From assembly GCA_001796525.1 (NCBI GenBank), contig MGMT01000024.1:1-56860 (forward strand): DNA of 56,860 nt. The letters are read 5' to 3'. A program made the translations under genes and the position numbers. This document shows, one piece after another, positions 35,046 through 42,982 of this stretch. The DNA is from Chloroflexi bacterium RBG_13_51_52. Lineage in GTDB: Bacteria; Chloroflexota; Dehalococcoidia; Dehalococcoidales; RBG-16-60-22. Under the pieces are notes generated by a model, which worked only from the letters and a program-made list of their open reading frames with translations, was not told the origin of the DNA and searched no databases. Every line of letters begins with the position of its first letter. Within the stretch, counting starts at the first letter, position 1.

Positions 35046-35447
35046 GGTATTACCTTTCTGTTTGCTGAATTAACTAAATCCTTGCCTCACAGCCACTGCC
35101 CATCGTCAAATAACATTCAAATTCTAGACCAATTTTATAAAGATAAGAATAAAAATTCATAAACAAGTTGTTAAAATTCCATTAAATTTTCGTGTATTTT
35201 TTGCCATCTGGCAAATACTCACTCGTGAAATTCAGCATACGCTTTTAGATTTTGTCATCATTGACCCTAAATTACAATACATGCTGCCCCCCAATTTTCC
35301 ATGGGGATAATATTACTTTAGTACTGGATAATTCCCCTAGATGATTATTAGGTAAAGGGCTTGGCAAGATTGGGGATGGTCTGGTGTTCATCGAGAGCTG
35401 GTCGAGGTAAATTGTTAATACCTATACCGTGAAAGGAAATTCATGTG

Positions 35448-35624
35448 ATGCATCGGTTGGCTGGAAAAGCTTTTGATAACCAGAAAGGCATCACCGGAAT
35501 CGAAATAGTAATCGTGCCTTTGGCTTTCGTTGTTGCAGACGTTGCTATTACCTGCGTAGCGTTTTCGGCAGGTTTATTCTCAACACGGAAAACAAAGGCA
35601 ACTATTCATTTTAGATTGGATTAA
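35448..35624 (+). pseudogene. Truncated archaellin-like N-terminal fragment (58 codons)
   Basis: My manual translation is MHRLAGKAFDNQKGITGIEIVIVPLAFVVADVAITCVAFSAGLFSTRKTKATIHFRLD*. It parallels the first ~45 residues of the two archaellins (EKGITGLETAIILIAFVVVAAVFAYTALSAGLFSTQKAQEA) but carries Pro/Asp substitutions and an early stop. It is below the ORF-track size cutoff. Confidence 0.6.
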
Positions 35625-35852
35625 ACCAGAAGAACCGTATTAATGAAATATCCTACGCTTACAGGGTGATAAAACTGAATTTAAAATGTCAACCAGAAAC
35701 CCAATAAAGGTCAAGCGTGAAAAAAATTATAGTTAAGGATATGGAAGGGGGTGATTTCTTAAGGAAAAAAATAATCATCTAAATCCTGACACAAGGTTTA
35801 TTAATCGAAAGCATCACAACACAATAAAGTCCCTACTACTTAGGAGGAAAAA

Positions 35853-36500
35853 ATGTACAAGAAATACTTTAAGCACGAGAAAGGCATTACGGGCCTTGAG
35901 ACCGCTATCATCCTGATTGCATTCGTGGTGGTAGCCGCGGTCTTCGCCTATACTGCACTTTCCGCGGGTCTTTTCTCGACCCAGAAAGCCCAGGAAGCAG
36001 TCTACTCCGGGCTTAAGGAAGCCCAGAGCACGCTAGAGCTCAGGGGCGGCATTGTAGCAACGGCAAATACTGTTGGTGCTACCGGCAACATTAAGCAGCT
36101 GACCTTCGTAGTTTCCAATGCACTTGGCGGTGACCCGATTGATTTCACCGAGCCCTCACCGGCATCGGACAACTCCGGAGTCGCCGATACTAACAGCTCA
36201 AATAAGGTAGTAATCAATTACATCGATTCCAATCAGGTTGTGTCCAACCTTTTCTGGACCTGCACACCGCTGGGAACGAATGACGGCGACGACCTGCTGG
36301 AGACCGGCGAGAAATTCCAGATTACCATCGGGTATGATACCGCAGGTCAAGGTGGCGGCAATCTGATCGATGCACTTGATCCCACATTCCTTTCTGTGAA
36401 CGACACCTTCACGCTGGAAATCATGACCAATGCCGGTGCCGTGATCACCATCGAGCGGACCACACCCGCCTACATAGATCTAAAAATGAATCTTCACTAA
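35853..36500 (+). CDS. arlB: Archaellin (archaeal flagellin family) with class III signal peptide
   Basis: MYKKYFKHEKG|ITGLETAIILIAFVVVAAVFAYTALSAGLFSTQKAQEAVYSGLKEAQSTLELRG closely resembles euryarchaeal FlaB N-termini. The C-terminal ...LLETGEKFQITI...TIERTTP... is also archaellin-like. Strong RBS TAGGAGG. Confidence 0.9.
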   Translation: MYKKYFKHEKGITGLETAIILIAFVVVAAVFAYTALSAGLFSTQKAQEAVYSGLKEAQSTLELRGGIVATANTVGATGNIKQLTFVVSNALGGDPIDFTEPSPASDNSGVADTNSSNKVVINYIDSNQVVSNLFWTCTPLGTNDGDDLLETGEKFQITIGYDTAGQGGGNLIDALDPTFLSVNDTFTLEIMTNAGAVITIERTTPAYIDLKMNLH

Positions 36501-36540
36501 TATGTTTTAAACTAAAAAAGTGAAGCAAAAAGGAGAATAT

Positions 36541-37176
36541 ATGCTTAAGAAAATATTCAGGAAAGAAAAGGGCATCACCGGTCTGGAAACTGCCATCATC
36601 CTGATTGCATTCGTGGTAGTAGCCGCGGTCTTTGCCTACACGGCACTTTCCGCAGGCCTCTTTTCCACTCAGAAGGCGCAGGAAGCAGTTTATTCTGGGC
36701 TCAAGGAAGCCCAGAGCACCCTGGAAATCAAAGGGGCTATTATCGCCACCGGTAATGTCACCGGCGATGCCGGTCGTATCGGGCAGATAACGTTCACCGT
36801 ATCCAACGTGCTCGGGGGTGAGCCGATTGATTTCACCGAGCCATCGGGCGGCGCTCTTGGCATAGCCACTGGTAGCACGAACAAGGTAGTCATTAACTAT
36901 CTTGACTCATCCCAGGAAGTGGATAACCTTTATTGGACCCTTGCCAAACTGGGGAACGACGACGGCGACGACCTGCTGGAGACCGGCGAGAAATTCCAGA
37001 TAACCATCGGAGCGGTCGACGGCGCAGCCGAGGGTAACCTGGTACAAGCACTCAATCCAAATTATTTGAGTGTTAATAAGACTTTCAGTCTTGTGATATT
37101 GACACCGATAGGTGCCGTTGTCACGATTGAAAGGACTACACCACCCTACATCGATAAAATCATAAACCTGCGCTAA
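36541..37176 (+). CDS. arlB: Archaellin paralog
   Basis: I take the start as ATG 36541, behind AGGAG (36531-36535); the track start GTG 36520 is less likely. MLKKIFRKEKG|ITGLETAIILIAFVVVAAVFAYTALSAGLFSTQKAQEA... has the same hydrophobic core as the first archaellin over the residues I compared. Confidence 0.9.
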   Translation: MLKKIFRKEKGITGLETAIILIAFVVVAAVFAYTALSAGLFSTQKAQEAVYSGLKEAQSTLEIKGAIIATGNVTGDAGRIGQITFTVSNVLGGEPIDFTEPSGGALGIATGSTNKVVINYLDSSQEVDNLYWTLAKLGNDDGDDLLETGEKFQITIGAVDGAAEGNLVQALNPNYLSVNKTFSLVILTPIGAVVTIERTTPPYIDKIINLR

Positions 37177-37200
37177 TTGTAGTCGATAAAAGCTGAACAT

Positions 37201-37250
37201 GCGGGGTGGGGGTCTCCATAACCGGAGCCCCACCCCGAACCGTGGTTTTT
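37201..37250 (+). terminator. GC-rich hairpin plus T5 after the archaellin pair (probable partial terminator)
   Basis: CGGGGTGGGG-gt-CTCC ataacc GGAG-CCCCACCCCG (37201-37236), then TTTTT at 37245-37249, 8 nt downstream. Confidence 0.5.
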
Positions 37251-37337
37251 AGTGGGTGCTACCCGCTTTCCTTTAGCTGTGAGAGATGGGGATTCCAGCC
37301 GCAAGCATCTGCTCCAATGTAATAATGGAGGTCTGTT

Positions 37338-37814
37338 GTGGACAAAGCCATAACTACAGCTCTACTAATAATAGCGGGGGTTGTATGTATGATATTTGTC
37401 TTTAATAGTGTTTACCCGATGATTAACCGTTCCAGCCAGGCAATGACCAGTATGGCCGAGCAGGTTGATGAACGGATGAAGAGTCGGATTAATATTGTTC
37501 ATGCGGCAAATACAGCCAACCGTACGTCCGTTTATCTATGGATAAAAAACGTGGGCACCCAGCGTATCCTGGCGATTGAGGAAAGCGATCTGTTTTTCGG
37601 CCAGGAAACTGATTTCGAACGCATCGCTTATGAAGGCGATGCCGGCACAAATTATCCCCGCTGGTCTTTCGATTTTGAAAACGACACCCAGTGGATGACC
37701 AGCGCAACAATAAAAGTTACGATTGAATATGAGAGCGACCCGGGGGCCGGGACGTATTTTGCCAAGTTTATTATCCCTAACGGGATATACGACGAGTATT
37801 ATTTTAGCATGTAA
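37338..37814 (+). CDS. ArlF/ArlG (FlaF/FlaG)-family archaellum accessory protein
   Basis: GTG start behind GGAGG. It has an N-terminal TM helix (AITTALLIIAGVVCMIFVF), then ...RINIVHA...SVYLWIKNVGTQRI..., the beta-sandwich pattern typical of archaeal FlaG/FlaF. Confidence 0.65.
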   Translation: MDKAITTALLIIAGVVCMIFVFNSVYPMINRSSQAMTSMAEQVDERMKSRINIVHAANTANRTSVYLWIKNVGTQRILAIEESDLFFGQETDFERIAYEGDAGTNYPRWSFDFENDTQWMTSATIKVTIEYESDPGAGTYFAKFIIPNGIYDEYYFSM

Positions 37815-37825
37815 CGGAGCAAGAA

Positions 37826-38350
37826 ATGGAAACAGTGCTTGTTTCGATAATTTGCATAGCCCTGGTAGTCTTCGGGGGCATGACAATGTCCCAGGGCTTC
37901 ATGACGTCAGTTGATGCCAGTACAACAGGGCTTAGTGAAATAGGACAACGAACGGAAATAATGATGAGGACCGAACTGACACCAATAAGCGCGAATACCA
38001 CACTGATAACTGGTGCCGACCCTCTGGAAATAGTACTGGAGAACACCGGACAGACTAAGATGGCCGATTTTGAAAAATGGGATATCATCGTACAGTACTA
38101 TGATGATTCCGGCGACTATCAGATTGTATGGCTGCCCTACGCGGAAGGGGGAGCAGGCACTTACGAGTGGGAGGTTGTGTGGATAAGGCTAAACGGTCAA
38201 GCAGAGACATTTGAACCGAATGTATTGAATCCAGGCGAACAGATAATGATAAGAGCGTGGCTCGACCCATCAGTAGGTGCCGGTACTACTAATATGGTAG
38301 TTATATCAACACCTACAGGTATTACGAGTTCAACGTATTTTTCACCATAA
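37826..38350 (+). CDS. ArlF/ArlG (FlaF/FlaG)-family archaellum accessory protein
   Basis: N-terminal TM helix (VLVSIICIALVVFGGMTM), then ...LEIVLENTGQTKMADFEKWDIIVQYYDD... Confidence 0.65.
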   Translation: METVLVSIICIALVVFGGMTMSQGFMTSVDASTTGLSEIGQRTEIMMRTELTPISANTTLITGADPLEIVLENTGQTKMADFEKWDIIVQYYDDSGDYQIVWLPYAEGGAGTYEWEVVWIRLNGQAETFEPNVLNPGEQIMIRAWLDPSVGAGTTNMVVISTPTGITSSTYFSP

Positions 38351-38418
38351 AGAAGTAATATGAACAGTTACATTTTATTCATGATTTTATAGGAAAGGAA
38401 AAAACTGGAGCCGATAAC

Positions 38419-39510
38419 ATGGCGGTATTAATAATAACGATAATATGTATAGCCATGACTGTCGTCGGAGGTATGACGTTATCACAAGGAATACTCACTT
38501 CGGCGGATACGGCGGCGATTAATGCCAATAGTATCAGCGTTAGAGAAGGTGAAATATCGAGGACCGATCTGGATATTTTACGTGCCGCTAAACTCTCATG
38601 GGCTGATTATTTACGTGTAACTGTACAAAACAGCGGGCAGACCAAGCAATTTAACTTTGATAAATGGGATATTATTGTGAATTACACAGATGACGGCGGG
38701 ACTTCTTATTCCAAATGGCTCCCTTATAGCACTTCATTGCCGGTTGATAATGAATGGCAGAAAGCAAGAATAGGTCTTAACGGTCCAATCGAGTTTTTTG
38801 AGCCCGGGATTCTGAATCCTTTAGAAGAGATAGTTGCCCTGATTTATCTGGACCCACAATCGGGAAATGCTACGAGCGGAATTGTATCCTTTGTTACTCC
38901 CAACGGTGTATACAGCTCTAGTTCATTTTTAAATCTCGGTTATACAAGGTTAACCCCGCAATCGGAGAATATTACCATCGCCAACATAAAATATTACGAA
39001 CTGGTGGAAGCCGCACCGGCAGATGGTGTCGTTTCAATAGTTAGAGCGGATTTTGCTAAAAACGAGATAGCCAGAAAACTACTTTATAATGACACACAAT
39101 CAACTCGCCCGGCGAAGTTTATCTATCCTCTTGTCGGTATCAGCCAGATTCCGGCAGCCAACTGGACGGTAAATTACCGATGTTTCCTATCAGAGGGTTT
39201 TATAACCGCTGAAAATGACTTAGTTTATTTAAATATTGATATCAAAATAATAACAAAGGATGGTATGGTGAGAGATACCATCAACATTTCCCCTGTAGCT
39301 GAAGTTTCACTTTCCGTAGATCAAGTGAACATGTGGATAACTGTAAGCGGTTCTTATAATTTTCCCGATTATACAGTGGTAGATGAAAACGATTACCTTG
39401 AAATTGATTTTTATGGGGAAACTAAAGAGAAAGTAAATATTGGATATATGCTATTGAGCATAGATGACGATAGCCTGCCTATCGCAGACCAGACGAGGAT
39501 AGAAGCTTAA
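38419..39510 (+). CDS. ArlF/G-like protein with ~195-aa C-terminal extension
   Basis: The N-terminal ~165 aa are paralogous to 37826-38350: VTVQNSGQTKQFNFDKWDIIVNYTDDGG versus VLENTGQTKMADFEKWDIIVQYYDDSG, and FFEPGILNPLEEIVALIYLDP versus TFEPNVLNPGEQIMIRAWLDP. The remainder has no recognisable family. Confidence 0.6.
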   Translation: MAVLIITIICIAMTVVGGMTLSQGILTSADTAAINANSISVREGEISRTDLDILRAAKLSWADYLRVTVQNSGQTKQFNFDKWDIIVNYTDDGGTSYSKWLPYSTSLPVDNEWQKARIGLNGPIEFFEPGILNPLEEIVALIYLDPQSGNATSGIVSFVTPNGVYSSSSFLNLGYTRLTPQSENITIANIKYYELVEAAPADGVVSIVRADFAKNEIARKLLYNDTQSTRPAKFIYPLVGISQIPAANWTVNYRCFLSEGFITAENDLVYLNIDIKIITKDGMVRDTINISPVAEVSLSVDQVNMWITVSGSYNFPDYTVVDENDYLEIDFYGETKEKVNIGYMLLSIDDDSLPIADQTRIEA

Positions 39511-39512
39511 AT

Positions 39513-41024
39513 ATGAAAATAGTGGAAATGATAAAAGCACTCCCGTTTTTCGGAAATAATAAAAAGCGCAATAAATGGAGAAAGGGCGCTCTGAGCTTCG
39601 ATTTATTCTATCAGCTCTCATATATGTCTACGATTGCCGCCTCGGGCGTGCCGCGCGACCAGATTTTCGAACGTTCCGCCGAGATTCAGTGTTCTTCAGC
39701 CGAATATTTTAGAAAAATCAAACTGACCCGCGACCGTTTAAGGTACGACTATGCCCGAGCCTGCCGCTCCGTTGGAGAACCAGCCAAGGAAGAAGATATC
39801 AAAGGTCTACTTCTACGTCTTTCCAGCTCACTAACTTCCGGGGAGCCGGAATCAGAGTTTCTTTCGAGAGAGGCTGATGCCCGGGCCGCGGATTTTGAAA
39901 ATGAATACGGAAGAGACTTGGAAGCCCTGAAATTGTGGACTGATGCGTACATTTCCTTGATTCTTTCAGCGATTCTAGTGGTCGTTATCGGGATAGTATC
40001 CACAATGATCTGGAAAATCGAGACGGCTCTTATTATAGCCATGGCTTTTATCGCGGTGACTACTACGGCTGTCGGAGTCTGGCTGATATGGGTAGTATCG
40101 CCAAAAGAATTGACCGTCTTGAGCAAGCCAGGCTCGAAAGAACAAAAAATCGCCGCTGCATTGCTTAAACCGGTATTAGCCGCGGTTATCGGCATAAGCG
40201 CACTGTTTTTATTAACCGGAATGAATCTGGGTTTAGCTCTGATTATCATCGCCGTGATAGTCTTCCCGCTTGGTTTTATCATGTCGAGAGATGACAAGAA
40301 AATCGCCAAGCGAGATAACGAGGTAGGGACATTTTTACGTTCTCTTGGCGGTGTTTGCGCGGCATTAGAAACGACAGTGAATTCGGCTTTGGGGCGTATT
40401 GATCTCAACGCCATTAACATATTAAGGTCGTCAGTTAAAAATCTACACACAAGGCTAACCGCCGGTATTAAACCAAAACTATCGTGGAAGATGTTTATCG
40501 ATGAAACCGGAAGCGAGCTTACCAACCGCAGCGTGGGCATGTTTTACGATGCTATCGAAGTTGGCGGTTCCGCCGGTCAGGCAGGTAATCAGGCTGCTAT
40601 GTTCGCCAACAGGTTATCACAACTTCGCGCCCGCCGTAAAATGGTATCCAGTCCCTTCCGCTGGCTTTGTATCGCCATGCATGGTGCCGTCATCGTTATC
40701 CTGGTCTTTATTACGGAGGTAATCGTTGCCTTCGGTGGGATGGTGTCGAAAGCCCAGGAAACAATACCGAGACTAGCTGAATCCCCGGATATGAGCTCTT
40801 TCTCAAGTTTTAATCTATCAGGATTAGAAATTTTGCAGCATCTTGTTTTACCCCTGGTATTAATATTCACCGTAGCCAATGCTATTGTACCAGTCCTGGC
40901 GGAGGGGGGCAGCAAATACAAAATATTTAGCAATCTTGGAATTACAGCGGCTATTTCCGGCGTATCCCTTCTTATCCTGCCGATATTAGCCAACCAATTA
41001 TTTACATCAGTTTCTCAGATGTAA
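39513..41024 (+). CDS. arlJ: Archaellum platform membrane protein ArlJ (FlaJ; T2SS-F-like)
   Basis: 503 aa, polytopic. ...FDLFYQLSYMSTIAASGVPRDQIFERSAE...YFRKIKL...YDYARAC...LLRLSSSLTSGE...FLSREA... matches the FlaJ pattern. Confidence 0.8.
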   Translation: MKIVEMIKALPFFGNNKKRNKWRKGALSFDLFYQLSYMSTIAASGVPRDQIFERSAEIQCSSAEYFRKIKLTRDRLRYDYARACRSVGEPAKEEDIKGLLLRLSSSLTSGEPESEFLSREADARAADFENEYGRDLEALKLWTDAYISLILSAILVVVIGIVSTMIWKIETALIIAMAFIAVTTTAVGVWLIWVVSPKELTVLSKPGSKEQKIAAALLKPVLAAVIGISALFLLTGMNLGLALIIIAVIVFPLGFIMSRDDKKIAKRDNEVGTFLRSLGGVCAALETTVNSALGRIDLNAINILRSSVKNLHTRLTAGIKPKLSWKMFIDETGSELTNRSVGMFYDAIEVGGSAGQAGNQAAMFANRLSQLRARRKMVSSPFRWLCIAMHGAVIVILVFITEVIVAFGGMVSKAQETIPRLAESPDMSSFSSFNLSGLEILQHLVLPLVLIFTVANAIVPVLAEGGSKYKIFSNLGITAAISGVSLLILPILANQLFTSVSQM

Positions 41025-41033
41025 GGAGGAAAC

Positions 41034-41207
41034 ATGGACCCAGAAGAACAACTGAAAGAAATGGAAATGGAATTTCAGGAAGTTAGAGATGACTTAAAAG
41101 AAATGTTATTTGATATCCGCGCATATTTAATGGAAGCCCAGACTCCGATTCCAAACGACCTTGAAAAGGAGAAACTACGTGATGAGCTGGAGGCAGGAAG
41201 GAGGTAA
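41034..41207 (+). CDS. Small (57-aa) acidic coiled-coil protein, unannotated in the ORF track
   Basis: ATG 41034 sits 3 nt after the RBS AAGGAGGA (41023-41030). My translation is MDPEEQLKEMEMEFQEVRDDLKEMLFDIRAYLMEAQTPIPNDLEKEKLRDELEAGRR*. The motif resembles the N-terminus of the next gene. It exactly fills the gap between arlJ and the arlCDE-like gene. Confidence 0.6.
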   Translation: MDPEEQLKEMEMEFQEVRDDLKEMLFDIRAYLMEAQTPIPNDLEKEKLRDELEAGRR

Positions 41208-41213
41208 ATAACC

Positions 41214-42218
41214 ATGGTAAACGAAAAGAGACTTGATAACCTACAAGATGAAATCAAGTTATTGAAGGCAGAAGTGAAGAACTCTCTCGCGAGTGTCAGG
41301 GATTATCTTCTCAACATGGAACTGCCATCCTCGGAATTTTCGACTATTCTAGCGGCCCTGGCCGGGGATGATGCTAATCCTCAAAAAATGAACGTTGACA
41401 GCCATGTCTCAAATGACAAAGAGGATATGCCAAAACCGGAGTATATTCAAGAGGGGCCGGAAATTCCAGAGGAAGGTTTTACTCCTGAACCAAGCCAGCC
41501 AGGAGAATTTGAAGACCTGCTTGATTTTGAAGAATCAGGTAAGGAAGATGAAGCTTCTGAAGAGATGCCCGATGAAAGAGTGTTAGATAAAAATGTGCTG
41601 GAGGAAGAAGATGATTTGCCTGAAGATTCTCTTCTTTCTGAAGATGAATCAGATGAAACGGAAGACGATGATAGTATCCAGGAAGAAAGTGATGAAGAAT
41701 CTGCTGAAGAATTAGATTTACCTTTGGAGGAGGTACGTCCTATGGAATATGAACGGACTAATAACGAAGTGAACCAGGGGATACCTAAAGTAAACATGCT
41801 GGCTAATCTCATCAACTGGGTAGCCAGAGCCAAGAAGGAAATAGGGTATGAAGAGCTGCCAACGTTTTTAGAGGTCTATGGTGTTAGCGGTCATCTATCA
41901 CCGGAGTTGAAAGACGTTATTATCCATCTTGCCGAAGTGACGAAAGACCATCCCGATGCTGCCACCGACTCTGAAATCTGGAGTCAGTCAATGTTATCAC
42001 TGCACGGGATTCTTACGGGAGGGGATGCTCCTCTTAATCCTGTAATACCGTCATGGGTAGATTCTACCGATGAAGCAGAATCTCCAGATGAAGAGGAGAT
42101 AATCGAGATAGATAAAGAAAAACGGGCTAAATTAAAACTCGTATTTCCCAGCAGCAACGGCAAGAGCAAGGAGTTCTGCATAGACCTAACACCAGAAGAG
42201 AATGGCGGCGGTTCTTAA
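41214..42218 (+). CDS. ArlC/D/E (FlaC/D/E)-like archaellum protein with long acidic linker
   Basis: It has an N-terminal coiled coil and a ~130-aa D/E-rich region. The C-terminal segment ...NMLANLINWVARAKKEIGYEELPTFLEVYGVSGHLSPELKDVIIHLAEV... resembles the archaeal FlaD/E domain. Confidence 0.6.
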   Translation: MVNEKRLDNLQDEIKLLKAEVKNSLASVRDYLLNMELPSSEFSTILAALAGDDANPQKMNVDSHVSNDKEDMPKPEYIQEGPEIPEEGFTPEPSQPGEFEDLLDFEESGKEDEASEEMPDERVLDKNVLEEEDDLPEDSLLSEDESDETEDDDSIQEESDEESAEELDLPLEEVRPMEYERTNNEVNQGIPKVNMLANLINWVARAKKEIGYEELPTFLEVYGVSGHLSPELKDVIIHLAEVTKDHPDAATDSEIWSQSMLSLHGILTGGDAPLNPVIPSWVDSTDEAESPDEEEIIEIDKEKRAKLKLVFPSSNGKSKEFCIDLTPEENGGGS

Positions 42219-42257
42219 TGATGAAACCCCATCCTCTAACAAAAGAGGTGATTAAAA

Positions 42258-42974
42258 ATGGTAAAAAGCGATAAAAAGAAAGAAGCTATAGTTACGGGAA
42301 TAACAGAAGTTGATGACAAACTTGGCGGGGGCATTCCGCTCGGCTCACTTTGCCTTATCGAAGGTCATTCTGATTCCGGAAAAAGCGTTTTGTGTCAGCA
42401 TCTTACAAACGGCACTCTGTCAAACGCTTCGATTTCTGTAGCTTATTACACCACGGAAAATAACATCAGAAGCATAGTAAGCCAGATGGATTCTCTCAAC
42501 ATGAATATTCTGGACCATTTCCTGGCAGACCGCTTGAGGATATTCCCTTTGACTTTCCATAGCGGCCTGCCGCACGGGCACAAACCTTTTATAGTACTGA
42601 CACATCATTTTTCCAACCTGCCTCAAGAATTCAAGTTAATTATTGTAGATTCTATTACGCTGCTCGTAGCCCATAGTGAACCGGTGGCTATAATAGATTT
42701 CTTTTCCAGATGCAAGTCTTTATGCGACCAGGGTAAAACAATAATCGTGGTAGCACATTCCTACGCTTTCGAGGAGGACATTCTTTCACGGACCCGTTCA
42801 CTGTGTGATGCACGCTTCAAGCTGCGTTTGGAACAGGTTGGCGAAAGCATGATAAAGCTTATGGAGGTTTTAAAGGTCCGCGGTGCAGACCGTCCCACTG
42901 GAGACGTTGTAAGTTTCAATATCGAACCCAAGCTTGGTATGAGGATTATTCCGCTTGCTAAAGCCAGAGTCTAG
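42258..42974 (+). CDS. arlH: ArlH (FlaH) KaiC/RecA-like ATP-binding protein
   Basis: ...TGITEVDDKLGGGIPLGSLCLIEGHSDSGKSVLCQHL... (Walker A), ...YYTTEN..., and LIIVDSIT. Confidence 0.8.
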   Translation: MVKSDKKKEAIVTGITEVDDKLGGGIPLGSLCLIEGHSDSGKSVLCQHLTNGTLSNASISVAYYTTENNIRSIVSQMDSLNMNILDHFLADRLRIFPLTFHSGLPHGHKPFIVLTHHFSNLPQEFKLIIVDSITLLVAHSEPVAIIDFFSRCKSLCDQGKTIIVVAHSYAFEEDILSRTRSLCDARFKLRLEQVGESMIKLMEVLKVRGADRPTGDVVSFNIEPKLGMRIIPLAKARV

Positions 42975-42982
42975 GAGAGCAA

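Noticed and set aside
35201-35214. TTGCCA-tc-TGGCAA palindrome as a sigma54 promoter
   Set aside because: The spacing and sequence do not fit TGGCAC-N5-TTGC on either strand. It is retained only as a possible operator, mentioned under the LuxR-regulator finding.
35853-37176. Type IV pilins or Tad/Flp pilins rather than archaellins
   Set aside because: The N-termini and C-terminal motifs match archaellins. The genes are followed by FlaF/G-, FlaJ-, FlaD/E-, FlaH- and FlaI-like genes, not by TadB/C, CpaC/secretin or PilM-Q genes. This still needs phylogenetic confirmation.
39749-40540. 263-aa minus-strand ORF inside arlJ, plus similar long antisense ORFs at 4302-4817, 4848-5393, 6534-6998, 13218-13676, 13810-14331, 27240-28072, 28600-29157, 30887-31408 and 44797-45234
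   Set aside because: All lie antisense within genes that have clear family signatures on the other strand. They have Ser/Arg/Pro-rich shadow-frame composition and no RBS.
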